Assembly: GCA_964368845.1 (NCBI GenBank)
Contig: CAYJDF010000002.1
Coordinates: 1 to 60,355, forward strand
Length of the DNA: 60,355 bases
Origin: an uncultured Desulfovibrionaceae bacterium
GTDB lineage: Bacteria; Desulfobacterota; Desulfovibrionia; Desulfovibrionales; Desulfovibrionaceae
Reading direction: 5' to 3'
The notes beneath the pieces were generated by a model that made no database searches, was not told the DNA's origin, and saw only the letters and a list, made by a program, of their open reading frames with translations. The position numbers and the translations under genes are program-made. Below are positions 1 to 7,875 of the stretch, piece by piece (the first letter of the stretch is position 1; every line of letters begins with the position of its first letter).

Positions 1-55
1 AGCATCCTTTAAGGCATACAAAAGTCTTGAAGAAGTCATGGAAAAAGAAATGGAG
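1..55. repeat. Terminal overlap identical to 60301-60355 (circular assembly overlap or terminal redundancy)
   Basis: Read directly: the first 55 nt (agcatcctttaagg...gaaatggag) recur exactly as the last 55 nt. Confidence 0.95.
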
Positions 56-508
56 AGCATTCTCAGCATGGAAGCTGAACGTGATGCCCATCTTGCTAAC
101 GCTTTGACTCAAGAAAAAGTTATTGAAGATATGCGTAAGATTCCCAGTATCAATGATGCATCTATCCAAGCTGTCGTTAAACTTATGGAAACGGCACGAG
201 CTAATGCTCAAGGTATTCAGCACAATATCGACAAAGCTACAGCAAACATTGACACTGCACAAGCTGACCTTGACACTTGCATAGCTAACATGGATAGTGG
301 AAACTTTACAGTACCCACTGACCCCAAGCTCGTATCTTCTGCCAAAGGTACTAATCCCAATCAAGCTAAGATTCTTAGCCTTCCTCAAGGCAATGCTGGC
401 AAACAAGAAGCATTCAACGTTATGAACAATGCCTTGAACAAAGCGGCCAATAACAAGCGTAACCCTAACCGTAATTCTAAAAAGAATAACCGTAACAACA
501 AACGTTAA
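1..508 (+). CDS. C-terminal part of the junction-spanning 608-aa hypothetical protein (continues from 58982-60300); basic KRN-rich tail
   Basis: Frame 2,5,8... is open from position 1 and matches the frame of the ORF open at the window end. Track ORF 38..508 is its tail. Confidence 0.8.
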   Translation, partial: ASFKAYKSLEEVMEKEMESILSMEAERDAHLANALTQEKVIEDMRKIPSINDASIQAVVKLMETARANAQGIQHNIDKATANIDTAQADLDTCIANMDSGNFTVPTDPKLVSSAKGTNPNQAKILSLPQGNAGKQEAFNVMNNALNKAANNKRNPNRNSKKNNRNNKR

Positions 509-551
509 GTAATATCGGAACTATTATTTAACACAAAGAAGGAGACATAAT

Positions 552-1157
552 ATGAGTAACGAAAATTTAGCACCCTTGTCTGATAAAGAAATGCAAGAAA
601 TGGAATTGGCTATGCAACAAGCTGCTGAAGCTGCACAAGCTGAAGGCGTTGCACCTAGTGGAGCATTAGGTAGTGTCTTTGGTAAGCTTAGCAACTTTGC
701 TAACGGATTGTTTACATCATCCCATGCGCAAGCTATGCGTGGTATAGCTACACATACTAGCAAACAGCTAGTCATTCAAAATGTAGGACTACTCCTACAG
801 AAAGCAGCATGGGCTGTGATTATTAAACACACTAAAGAGCTAGCTAAGACTAACAAAGTTATCTACTACGCTTTCCACACAAAAGCAGGGCGAGCTGCTA
901 ATACAATAGTAGTGTGTTACGCTGGAGCCCTTGCGTGTCTATGGTCGGCAAGCTATATGCGTAGCCGTGGTAAGGAACGACATGCTGCGTACCTAGAAGG
1001 TGCTGCTACTGTACTGTCCTACTCTTCTGGAGTAGGTATTGTAGAAGCATTGGACATTCCTTCCATCATTGACAACATCGTCAACCACATAGCAGGTATT
1101 GGCGAAGAAGCTGGAGTAGATTTAACAGAATTAGTAGACGAAATTACTAAGGAGTAA
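552..1157 (+). CDS. Hypothetical protein (201 aa)
   Basis: ORF with GAAGGAGA Shine-Dalgarno 7 nt upstream of the ATG; followed by an intrinsic terminator. Confidence 0.75.
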   Translation: MSNENLAPLSDKEMQEMELAMQQAAEAAQAEGVAPSGALGSVFGKLSNFANGLFTSSHAQAMRGIATHTSKQLVIQNVGLLLQKAAWAVIIKHTKELAKTNKVIYYAFHTKAGRAANTIVVCYAGALACLWSASYMRSRGKERHAAYLEGAATVLSYSSGVGIVEALDIPSIIDNIVNHIAGIGEEAGVDLTELVDEITKE

Positions 1158-1180
1158 CGTCTACTAATATGGTCTAAAAT

Positions 1181-1210
1181 GGCTCGAGGATTGATTCTAA
1201 GAGCCTTTTA
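1181..1210 (+). terminator. Intrinsic terminator
   Basis: GGCTC...GAGCC stem followed by TTTTATT. Confidence 0.55.
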
Positions 1211-1734
1211 TTGTGAATAGATACTTACCCTTAGGTACAAGGTGTTTACTAATAAAGTGATACACTTTGTACCTTACTATAATACAGCATTAAAGTAGTG
1301 GCCAGTTTATGGTATGCAAGTACTGTTGTATTAAGTAACTAAGGTAGGTATGGTATAAAGATACGAGCGTATGAGTGAAGCATATACGTAAGTATTAGTA
1401 GTATTACGAACCGACATAGTGTGGCTAAGGTCTGTATGTACCACTAAACAGGTACTTAAACACGATGTGTGCGGAACCGATGGTCTATCCAAGCTATGGC
1501 GTTACGCCTAGGCTCTAGCCTCAAGCTTTACGCTTACAAAATAACACAGTGTTGATGCATTCTAACACAACACGGTAGTCTGTTACGACTGTACTAATAC
1601 TCTAAGTTATAAGTATCTTATGGATATCTAACATCTAGCGAGGTGAAACACCGCTTCTGCTTGTGAATGAGAGGTAAATCACGGCGGAAGAAGCAACACG
1701 CTTTAACTATTTAATGCTTCAAAGGAGTAATACT

Positions 1735-2178
1735 ATGACACTTAAACGATTAACTGCACTTCTGTTATACAAAAGTGTATGTCGGTATCTCATGTACACA
1801 GTATCCTCATGGGTATTGCTTGCTGCTGTGGTTATTCTTATAGCCATACTAATAGCAACTTCTAATTATATATTAGTCGCTTGCTTCGCAGCATCTCTTT
1901 TTGTCATAGACATTATTCTTAGTGTAGTATACACAAGATGTAGGCTTAAAGAACTACGCTTGCTGTATACTATCGCAGAAGTATTAGATGACAAACCCTT
2001 TACTGCACTGTTTGATTATAGACTTATGTATATGCTCTCACAGTTAAGTAAACACACAGGAGGAAGACATGTAATGGACATTGTAAAAATACGTTATCCA
2101 CATGTTGTCTGCTATGACCCTGATGTGGAACCGTTGAAAGAAGACGAGGAAAAATACTTTTATAAATCTTCTATCTAA
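1735..2178 (+). CDS. Membrane protein, two predicted N-terminal TM helices (track ORF starts at 1714; ATG 1735 has the AAAGGAG SD)
   Basis: Hydrophobic stretches SSWVLLAAVVILIAILIA and ILVACFAASLFVIDIILSVV; SD spacing favours 1735. Confidence 0.7.
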   Translation: MTLKRLTALLLYKSVCRYLMYTVSSWVLLAAVVILIAILIATSNYILVACFAASLFVIDIILSVVYTRCRLKELRLLYTIAEVLDDKPFTALFDYRLMYMLSQLSKHTGGRHVMDIVKIRYPHVVCYDPDVEPLKEDEEKYFYKSSI

Positions 2179-2184
2179 ACTAAG

Positions 2185-2226
2185 AAAGCTACGCTCTTCT
2201 TCACGTAAAGGGCGTAGCTTTTCTTG
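2185..2226 (+). terminator. Intrinsic terminator
   Basis: 10-bp stem AAAGCTACGC/GCGTAGCTTT followed by a T-run. Confidence 0.75.
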
Positions 2227-2243
2227 TATCAAAGGAGTTACCT

Positions 2244-2438
2244 ATGACAATCTTATGTATAATTATGTTAACAATACTTATTTCTTTAGGTGCATACGCT
2301 AAGTATATACATTACAAGTATCAATCTCTAAGTTTCTTAGAGAAGATGGGTGTGATAATAGCAATCAATACCTATGCAAAAACAAATACAAATTTCTTTA
2401 TCCGCAATGGGTGTAAAATCATTAAACGTTTTCTATAG
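2244..2438 (+). CDS. Small membrane protein (64 aa)
   Basis: AAAGGAG SD; N-terminal hydrophobic helix ILCIIMLTILISLGAYA. Confidence 0.6.
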   Translation: MTILCIIMLTILISLGAYAKYIHYKYQSLSFLEKMGVIIAINTYAKTNTNFFIRNGCKIIKRFL

Positions 2439-2448
2439 TATCACGAGG

Positions 2449-2863
2449 TACGCCTAATAGGTGGAAGACGTGGTAGAAAAATAAAACGTGGAGACTTAGG
2501 ATTAGCTTATGTAATCACTCAGTAGTTTTTCCCTAGATATTTATTTGTTACACACTTTATTTTTATAATCACTACACACCATTAACAATGTGTAAACAAA
2601 GATACAAAACTATTTGCTAATATGTTTTGTGTACTTACGAACGAGACTACAAATTTTATATCACGTCTCTATTAGTAAGTACCCCCTCTTGTGCTCCAAG
2701 ATTCTCGATGCACTAACCTAAGCTAACGTTTACTAGTAATGCGTCTACTTTGTTTAATATCTTGTTCGATGCCGAGGACATCTTTAGTGGTTGTACACAT
2801 AAAGTAACGTACATATTGGATGTATGTGTCGCTTGTAAATAAATCTTCTTCCTATTAGGCGTA
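2449..2863 (+). other. ORF-free structured element closed by a long-range 13+5 bp helix
   Basis: TACGCCTAATAGG (2449-2461) pairs with CCTATTAGGCGTA (2851-2863). GAAGA (2464-2468) pairs with TCTTC (2844-2848). Internal 13-bp composite hairpin at 2631-2683. Confidence 0.4.
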
Positions 2864-2904
2864 TCTTGTTTACGCTTCGTTTAACTTTTAACAAGGAGAT
2901 GTTC

Positions 2905-3294
2905 ATGTCCAATGTTCAAACCAAGAGAACCTCCAGCAATCGTAGAAACACAACGACAAGACCTCGTGTTACTGCTGTTGTGACAGCAATAGCTGGTGAA
3001 TCTGAAGCTTCTGATGATGTTATTGATGTAGTTGCTACTGAACTACCAACCTCTAACCCTCAAGATATTGAGGATAATAAGGAGACTACTATGTCTAACA
3101 AAAAACCTGCCGTTGTTACTGAAGCTGAAGTGGTTGACACTCCAGTTGAAACCGCTGCTCCTTTCTTCTCCAAGGCTATGGAGTTTGTAACTGATGGTGT
3201 GAAGAATCCAGTAGTACAGAAAGTATTATTTGGTGCTTTGCTTGTAGGCTATGGTATCTACAAATACCGTAAGCGTGTTACTCCCAGTAAATAA
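2905..3294 (+). CDS. Hypothetical protein with C-terminal TM helix (track ORF starts at TTG 2866)
   Basis: AAGGAG SD 6 nt upstream of ATG 2905; C-terminal VLFGALLVGYGIY hydrophobic segment. Confidence 0.7.
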   Translation: MSNVQTKRTSSNRRNTTTRPRVTAVVTAIAGESEASDDVIDVVATELPTSNPQDIEDNKETTMSNKKPAVVTEAEVVDTPVETAAPFFSKAMEFVTDGVKNPVVQKVLFGALLVGYGIYKYRKRVTPSK

Positions 3295-3314
3295 TACAAC
3301 TTAACCTCTAACCT

Positions 3315-3341
3315 AGGGGCACAGTATATGTGCCCCTTTAA
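3315..3341 (+). terminator. Intrinsic terminator
   Basis: 8-bp stem AGGGGCAC/GTGCCCCT followed by TTTA. Confidence 0.65.
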
Positions 3342-3355
3342 TATAAGGAGACATC

Positions 3356-3736
3356 ATGTCACAGAACAACAATCAGCAACAGCAACAGCAGAAAGGTGGT
3401 AACCAACAACAAAAAGCTGCCCCTGGTTTAGCTATATCTGCCAACATTTCTCCCAATGATGTCGTTGATAACAACGCTCTTGGTAAAAATGCCACTCTAC
3501 TTGCCGTTGCAGCAGGTGCTTGTATTGCTTTACGCTTCGTGGCTGGCCCCATTATGAAGTATGTGTTTGGTGCTGACGCTAGTGCTGGCCCTTCCTTGTC
3601 CTCTGCAAATGGTAACGCTATTGCTTCTCATGTTACAGCTAGTATGCATCCCAAACAGCAGGCGTACATTGCTGAAGAGATTATTAAGTCTCTTGATGAC
3701 AACACTCGTAAGAGCATCGTTGACCGTATTAAATAA
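3356..3736 (+). CDS. Hypothetical Q-rich protein with a hydrophobic segment
   Basis: TAAGGAGA SD; N-terminal NNNQQQQQQK run; segment TLLAVAAGACIALRFVAGPI. Confidence 0.7.
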   Translation: MSQNNNQQQQQQKGGNQQQKAAPGLAISANISPNDVVDNNALGKNATLLAVAAGACIALRFVAGPIMKYVFGADASAGPSLSSANGNAIASHVTASMHPKQQAYIAEEIIKSLDDNTRKSIVDRIK

Positions 3737-3743
3737 ATAACCG

Positions 3744-3778
3744 TATAGGGGAGAGCAATCTCCCCTATAGTAGTTTAT
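3744..3778 (+). terminator. Intrinsic terminator-like hairpin
   Basis: 11-bp stem TATAGGGGAGA/TCTCCCCTATA with a GCAA loop. Confidence 0.6.
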
Positions 3779-3821
3779 AGCAAGACACACCGACTGTGTG
3801 CTTGAACTATAAGGAGGCATT

Positions 3822-4988
3822 ATGTATAGACCTTATGTAGAATATATGACCTTTGATGATATAGTAAACAAGTATTCTTTTTATTCTTCTATTGAAACTT
3901 ACACGGGAGTTGGTTATATGTTTGCCAATCCTATTGTAGATAAGATGTATGTTCCGTATCTTTTACACACAAATATAGTAGACGGTTTGCCTAACACAAA
4001 CACAGGAGCTGCTGTTATAGACGGCGTGCTTCAACATAATATGGAACATCCTCCCTTCATACTTGTTACAGAAGGCAAGTTTGGTTTAAAAAATTTCATA
4101 AGAGATGGAGTGTTTAATCAATACGTATCTGCTGTTAATGTTATTCTATCTTGTAATGGAAATATGATGTTTAAATATGAGCATCCAGATAACACTCCAC
4201 AAGAACTTTTAGATTTGATTGCACCATGGTGGTCAAGAGGTAAAACAAATCATTCAAGAGAAGCTGAGACTTTATCTTGTGCCTATGATATACCATGTTT
4301 AACTTTACATTGTGACTTTGTCATTGATGATATATATGATAGCATAGTACACACTGTGCAAAACATTATGAATGAATGCTCTACTGATTTTAGTAGCTAT
4401 ACATACAGTGTAGCATTACCCCATGCTTCTACTAATAATGGTACGGGTATGGCTCCTAGAGTTATGGTACATAAGTGTTGTGATTTATGCGGAAGACGTA
4501 GACCTACTACTTACTTCTATAGAACTCACGCTAATCTTTGTAACAAGTGTGTAAATAGAATTAAAACCTTAGGTGTAGTGAACTACACTAATATGGCGTA
4601 TGCTAAAGTACAAATAGAACGCCAACGTTTTATGACTAGATTAGCTAATGCCTCTAAGACAATCAAAGTATGTCCCATATGTGGGCATCCTGCCATAGTA
4701 TGGAACACAGGGCAAGGTGATTGTGTGGGTGTATGCGCTAATTGTAATAGAGATGTATACCACAGAAACTATAAACAATTCTTTTTCGTAGACACATGTT
4801 TAGGCATGGTCTATGAATATAGTAGCAGAAAACTATTGAGTATATCAGGACTCAGTGACCACAAGTATGTACGTATATGTGATAACTGTGGATGTATAAC
4901 TACTCAATTTGTAGAACAGTACGTTGGTGATGTACCTTTCACTACGTGCTCAGACTGTGAACGTATTGATGCGGAACGTCAATACTAA
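3822..4988 (+). CDS. Cys-rich protein with three C-terminal zinc-ribbon-like CxxC pairs (388 aa)
   Basis: AAGGAGG SD; motifs CDLCG...CNKC, CPICG...CANC, CDNCG...CSDC. Confidence 0.8.
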   Translation: MYRPYVEYMTFDDIVNKYSFYSSIETYTGVGYMFANPIVDKMYVPYLLHTNIVDGLPNTNTGAAVIDGVLQHNMEHPPFILVTEGKFGLKNFIRDGVFNQYVSAVNVILSCNGNMMFKYEHPDNTPQELLDLIAPWWSRGKTNHSREAETLSCAYDIPCLTLHCDFVIDDIYDSIVHTVQNIMNECSTDFSSYTYSVALPHASTNNGTGMAPRVMVHKCCDLCGRRRPTTYFYRTHANLCNKCVNRIKTLGVVNYTNMAYAKVQIERQRFMTRLANASKTIKVCPICGHPAIVWNTGQGDCVGVCANCNRDVYHRNYKQFFFVDTCLGMVYEYSSRKLLSISGLSDHKYVRICDNCGCITTQFVEQYVGDVPFTTCSDCERIDAERQY

Positions 4989-4999
4989 AGGAGGAGACT

Positions 5000-5308
5000 A
5001 TGTTATTTGACAAAGACTTTAACAACAGACAAAGTGTTGCACAAATGTTGGCTGTAATATTTAAGCAGACACACAGTAACAAACTTGCTAGACTTAATAA
5101 ACGAGATGTTGAATCTTTTGATGAAGAGTTAGCTGATATACATTGGCACTACTACACGTCAGGTTCTTATCTATTAATTGAGGGTGCTAAGTATGATACT
5201 GTTTCAGAAGATGATTTGTTTGTACACCGTGTGTCTCACGCTATACACATAGCAAAACAACTAGCCATAAATTATTATTATACAGGGAGTGCGTTATGCA
5301 AAAATTAA
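5000..5308 (+). CDS. Hypothetical protein
   Basis: AAGGAGGAG SD; tightly packed with its neighbours. Confidence 0.7.
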   Translation: MLFDKDFNNRQSVAQMLAVIFKQTHSNKLARLNKRDVESFDEELADIHWHYYTSGSYLLIEGAKYDTVSEDDLFVHRVSHAIHIAKQLAINYYYTGSALCKN

Positions 5309-5676
5309 TTTATTACATTAAAAAATATGGGAAGATTGCTCTTGAGTATCTTCTTAAATTGTGGGAAAACTACAAGCAAGAAGTGGCAGAGCTAAAGGAA
5401 AAGGCACAAAGCTTTACGCCTTTAGGTGCTATTAAATCTTTAGGTAAAGAGACTAAACGTTTTTTCGTCAGTGCCCTGGTGTTGGCAGGGCTAAAAAAGT
5501 GTTCCAACAAAACTGTACACACATTAAAAGAGTATGTACAGATTCCCTACGAAGAGTGTTTAACAGACGAAAGTCCTCGTCCACTGAAGATAATGAAAAC
5601 TTTAGCGCAACAGATATTGCATAAACAATTTACTGGATGTGATTACACAGGATACAGATTCGTTCTAGCATTCTAA
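5296..5676 (+). CDS. Hypothetical protein
   Basis: ORF overlaps the upstream stop by 13 nt, consistent with translational coupling. Confidence 0.65.
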   Translation: MQKLIYYIKKYGKIALEYLLKLWENYKQEVAELKEKAQSFTPLGAIKSLGKETKRFFVSALVLAGLKKCSNKTVHTLKEYVQIPYEECLTDESPRPLKIMKTLAQQILHKQFTGCDYTGYRFVLAF

Positions 5677-5689
5677 GGAGGATAGCGTA

Positions 5690-6523
5690 GTGCATATAGA
5701 CCTACATAAATATTGTGATAAAGGGCAAGGTCTTAATACTACAATACGTTACCCCTATTGTCCTTTTCACAAAAAGAATACGACTGGGTTTAACGTGACA
5801 AGAAAACCTAACGGCTTTGTCATGTATTGTCATAACTGTAAACAAACTGCTTTCGTAAGAACAGAAGGTAAAAGGTACACTCCTCCTAAGAGTGATGTAA
5901 TTAAACGTATCAAACAGCGTAAATCTCCTGATGTTATTAATAGAACTAGGGATTATGTCAGTTTACCTAGAGATACAAACAAAGAGTTTTCAATAGATGG
6001 ACTAATGTGGCTTCGTAAGTATGGTATCACTGATGCTGAAATCGAGACCTATAACATTGGTTGGTCTGACACATACCAAAGAGTAATTCTTCCTGTGTAT
6101 AAGGAAGGTTCTCTTGTGTATTGGCAAGGTAGATATGTTGGAGATAACCCTGCGGAAAGTAAGTACTTAAATGTAATTACTAGTAAACATGGAGTATTCT
6201 TTTCTACCAATGGAGATAACAGTTCTAATACAATTGTTATTGTTGAGGATATATTATCCGCTATTGCTATACAAAGAAGTGGCTTTCGTGCCATAGCTCT
6301 GCTCGGTAGTAACCTGCCAGACTATGTAATACATAGTCTTATAAATGAGGCCAGTCTTCACGAGACTCTGCAAGTCAAAGTGTGGCTTGACAGTGATAAA
6401 AAGCTTGACAGTATTAAGTATAGTAGTCGTTTAAATACCTTTAATATTAAATCAACTTGGGTGTCAACAGTTCTTGACCCTAAGTGTTACACTGCGGAAC
6501 AAATTATAGAGCACTTAAAATAA
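5690..6523 (+). CDS. DNA primase (Zn-finger + TOPRIM, T7 gp4 primase-domain-like)
   Basis: CPFHKK...CHNC zinc finger; TOPRIM-like IVIVEDILSA and WLDSDKK motifs; GTG start with AAGGAGG SD. Confidence 0.75.
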   Translation: MHIDLHKYCDKGQGLNTTIRYPYCPFHKKNTTGFNVTRKPNGFVMYCHNCKQTAFVRTEGKRYTPPKSDVIKRIKQRKSPDVINRTRDYVSLPRDTNKEFSIDGLMWLRKYGITDAEIETYNIGWSDTYQRVILPVYKEGSLVYWQGRYVGDNPAESKYLNVITSKHGVFFSTNGDNSSNTIVIVEDILSAIAIQRSGFRAIALLGSNLPDYVIHSLINEASLHETLQVKVWLDSDKKLDSIKYSSRLNTFNIKSTWVSTVLDPKCYTAEQIIEHLK

Positions 6524-6533
6524 GGAGGCGCAT

Positions 6534-6677
6534 ATGTTTAACATATTTAATAACAAGAAATTCAAAATGTTTACAGCTATAGCTAAGTTATTCACAGCAG
6601 TAGAACACATAGTGTATTGCGTAGCCAGTTTATATAGACGTGCTGTGCAGATATATAAGGAGGTGCGCTATGTATAA
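6534..6677 (+). CDS. Small hypothetical protein (47 aa, below the track cutoff)
   Basis: TAAGGAGG SD 5 nt upstream of ATG 6534; translated by hand to TAA at 6675-6677. Confidence 0.45.
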   Translation: MFNIFNNKKFKMFTAIAKLFTAVEHIVYCVASLYRRAVQIYKEVRYV

Positions 6678-6803
6678 TATATTATTACAGACATACAAAG
6701 TTATTTACAGTGTAGGCACGGAGACTCCACCATAGGATACGCTTGTCCTGTTGCCCTATGTTTACAAAAACCTTTATTAATATATAACTAATTGGAGATT
6801 ATT

Positions 6804-7217
6804 ATGGAAAACAATACAAACACTATTAGCCTCAATACTGCTACTGAGGTAGTAAGCAAGACTGAAACCTCTGTTGCCAATCCTGTTCACTTATCTTTGA
6901 ACAATTATGGGGCTACCCGTATCGTTGTTACTCCACATCCTAAGGGTGAAACAGCAGTAGCTACTGCTGATGCTCGCCGTGTGCGTAAAGAATGCGGATG
7001 TGGTTGGTGCAGCGCATGTCGTGCTACATTAACTAACGATACAGCGGACTACATTAGTGTATCTTTTAATACCACATCATACAACTCTTGTGTTAAATCT
7101 GACAGTAAACAAGTGGTATTTACATCTGTTGAAGCTCTTAAGGAATTTAAAAACTTTCTTACTGGGCTTGACATTGATGCCTTGTTCTCTGGTAAAGAAC
7201 AGGCTGTCACTGTTTAA
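6804..7217 (+). CDS. Hypothetical protein (CGCGWCSAC motif)
   Basis: Track ORF 6792..7217; ATG 6804 follows a GGAG SD. Confidence 0.7.
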   Translation: MENNTNTISLNTATEVVSKTETSVANPVHLSLNNYGATRIVVTPHPKGETAVATADARRVRKECGCGWCSACRATLTNDTADYISVSFNTTSYNSCVKSDSKQVVFTSVEALKEFKNFLTGLDIDALFSGKEQAVTV

Positions 7218-7236
7218 TACAAGTGGTTAACAATAG

Positions 7237-7291
7237 AACCCTAGCTAACTAGAGACTATCCTAAAGGTCTCTTTAGTAACTAGGGTTTTAT
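7237..7291 (+). terminator. Intrinsic terminator (long imperfect hairpin)
   Basis: AACCCTAG...CTAGGGTT outer stem, AGAGAC/GTCTCT inner stem, then TTTTATT. Confidence 0.65.
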
Positions 7292-7312
7292 TACAACAAG
7301 GAGTACACATAT

Positions 7313-7645
7313 ATGGTGCAACTTCCAGATGCGTATTGGTATCCTGGTAAAAGTATGGTATGTTATCCAGACTTACAACCACTCTACAGTGGGTCAGATT
7401 TAGGACAGACTACTGTAGGTTTAGTGAAGTATCATTTGGATATGTCTGATGAAGAACTAGCTTGTGATGGTTTTGAACGAGCACCAGGACGCAATCCGCC
7501 TATTAAACAAACAAACTTTACTCTTCCCCTAGAAGAAGAAAAACCGTATTGGCCTTTTGTCTATACAGAGTATCTTCCTCCTAGACACAAGTATCAACCT
7601 AATTGGTATGAGAAAATATGGGGAGAGTATGGTGTTGCAGCGTAG
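7313..7645 (+). CDS. Hypothetical protein
   Basis: AAGGAG SD; flanked by terminators. Confidence 0.7.
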   Translation: MVQLPDAYWYPGKSMVCYPDLQPLYSGSDLGQTTVGLVKYHLDMSDEELACDGFERAPGRNPPIKQTNFTLPLEEEKPYWPFVYTEYLPPRHKYQPNWYEKIWGEYGVAA

Positions 7646-7658
7646 CGTAGTAAAACAA

Positions 7659-7700
7659 AAAGCACATCTCTTTCACGAAGAAGGGATGTGCTTTAGTTAT
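7659..7700 (+). terminator. Intrinsic terminator
   Basis: AAAGCACATC/GATGTGCTTT stem followed by TTTAGTT. Confidence 0.65.
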
Positions 7701-7875
7701 TTAGTATATGTTACTATAAGTATATAGTAGTATAGCTTTAAGTAACTAGGGGAACTCGGCCTCAAAGCCGAGTTCCATTAACTTAGGAGCTACTAAGTAT
7801 ATAGTAATAGCAAAGCGAAGCTTTGTCAAGTGTTTGTATTTAAAAAATATTTATTTTCTGTGACCCCTTGGATTA

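Noticed and set aside
1219-1618. 9+5 bp long-range helix (AGATACTTA..CTTAG / CTAAG..TAAGTATCT) apparently closing the 1.2-1.6 kb non-coding region
   Set aside because: A 9-bp inverted match inside a 550-nt AT-rich window is expected about once by chance. It is mentioned under the finding but is not treated as evidence on its own.
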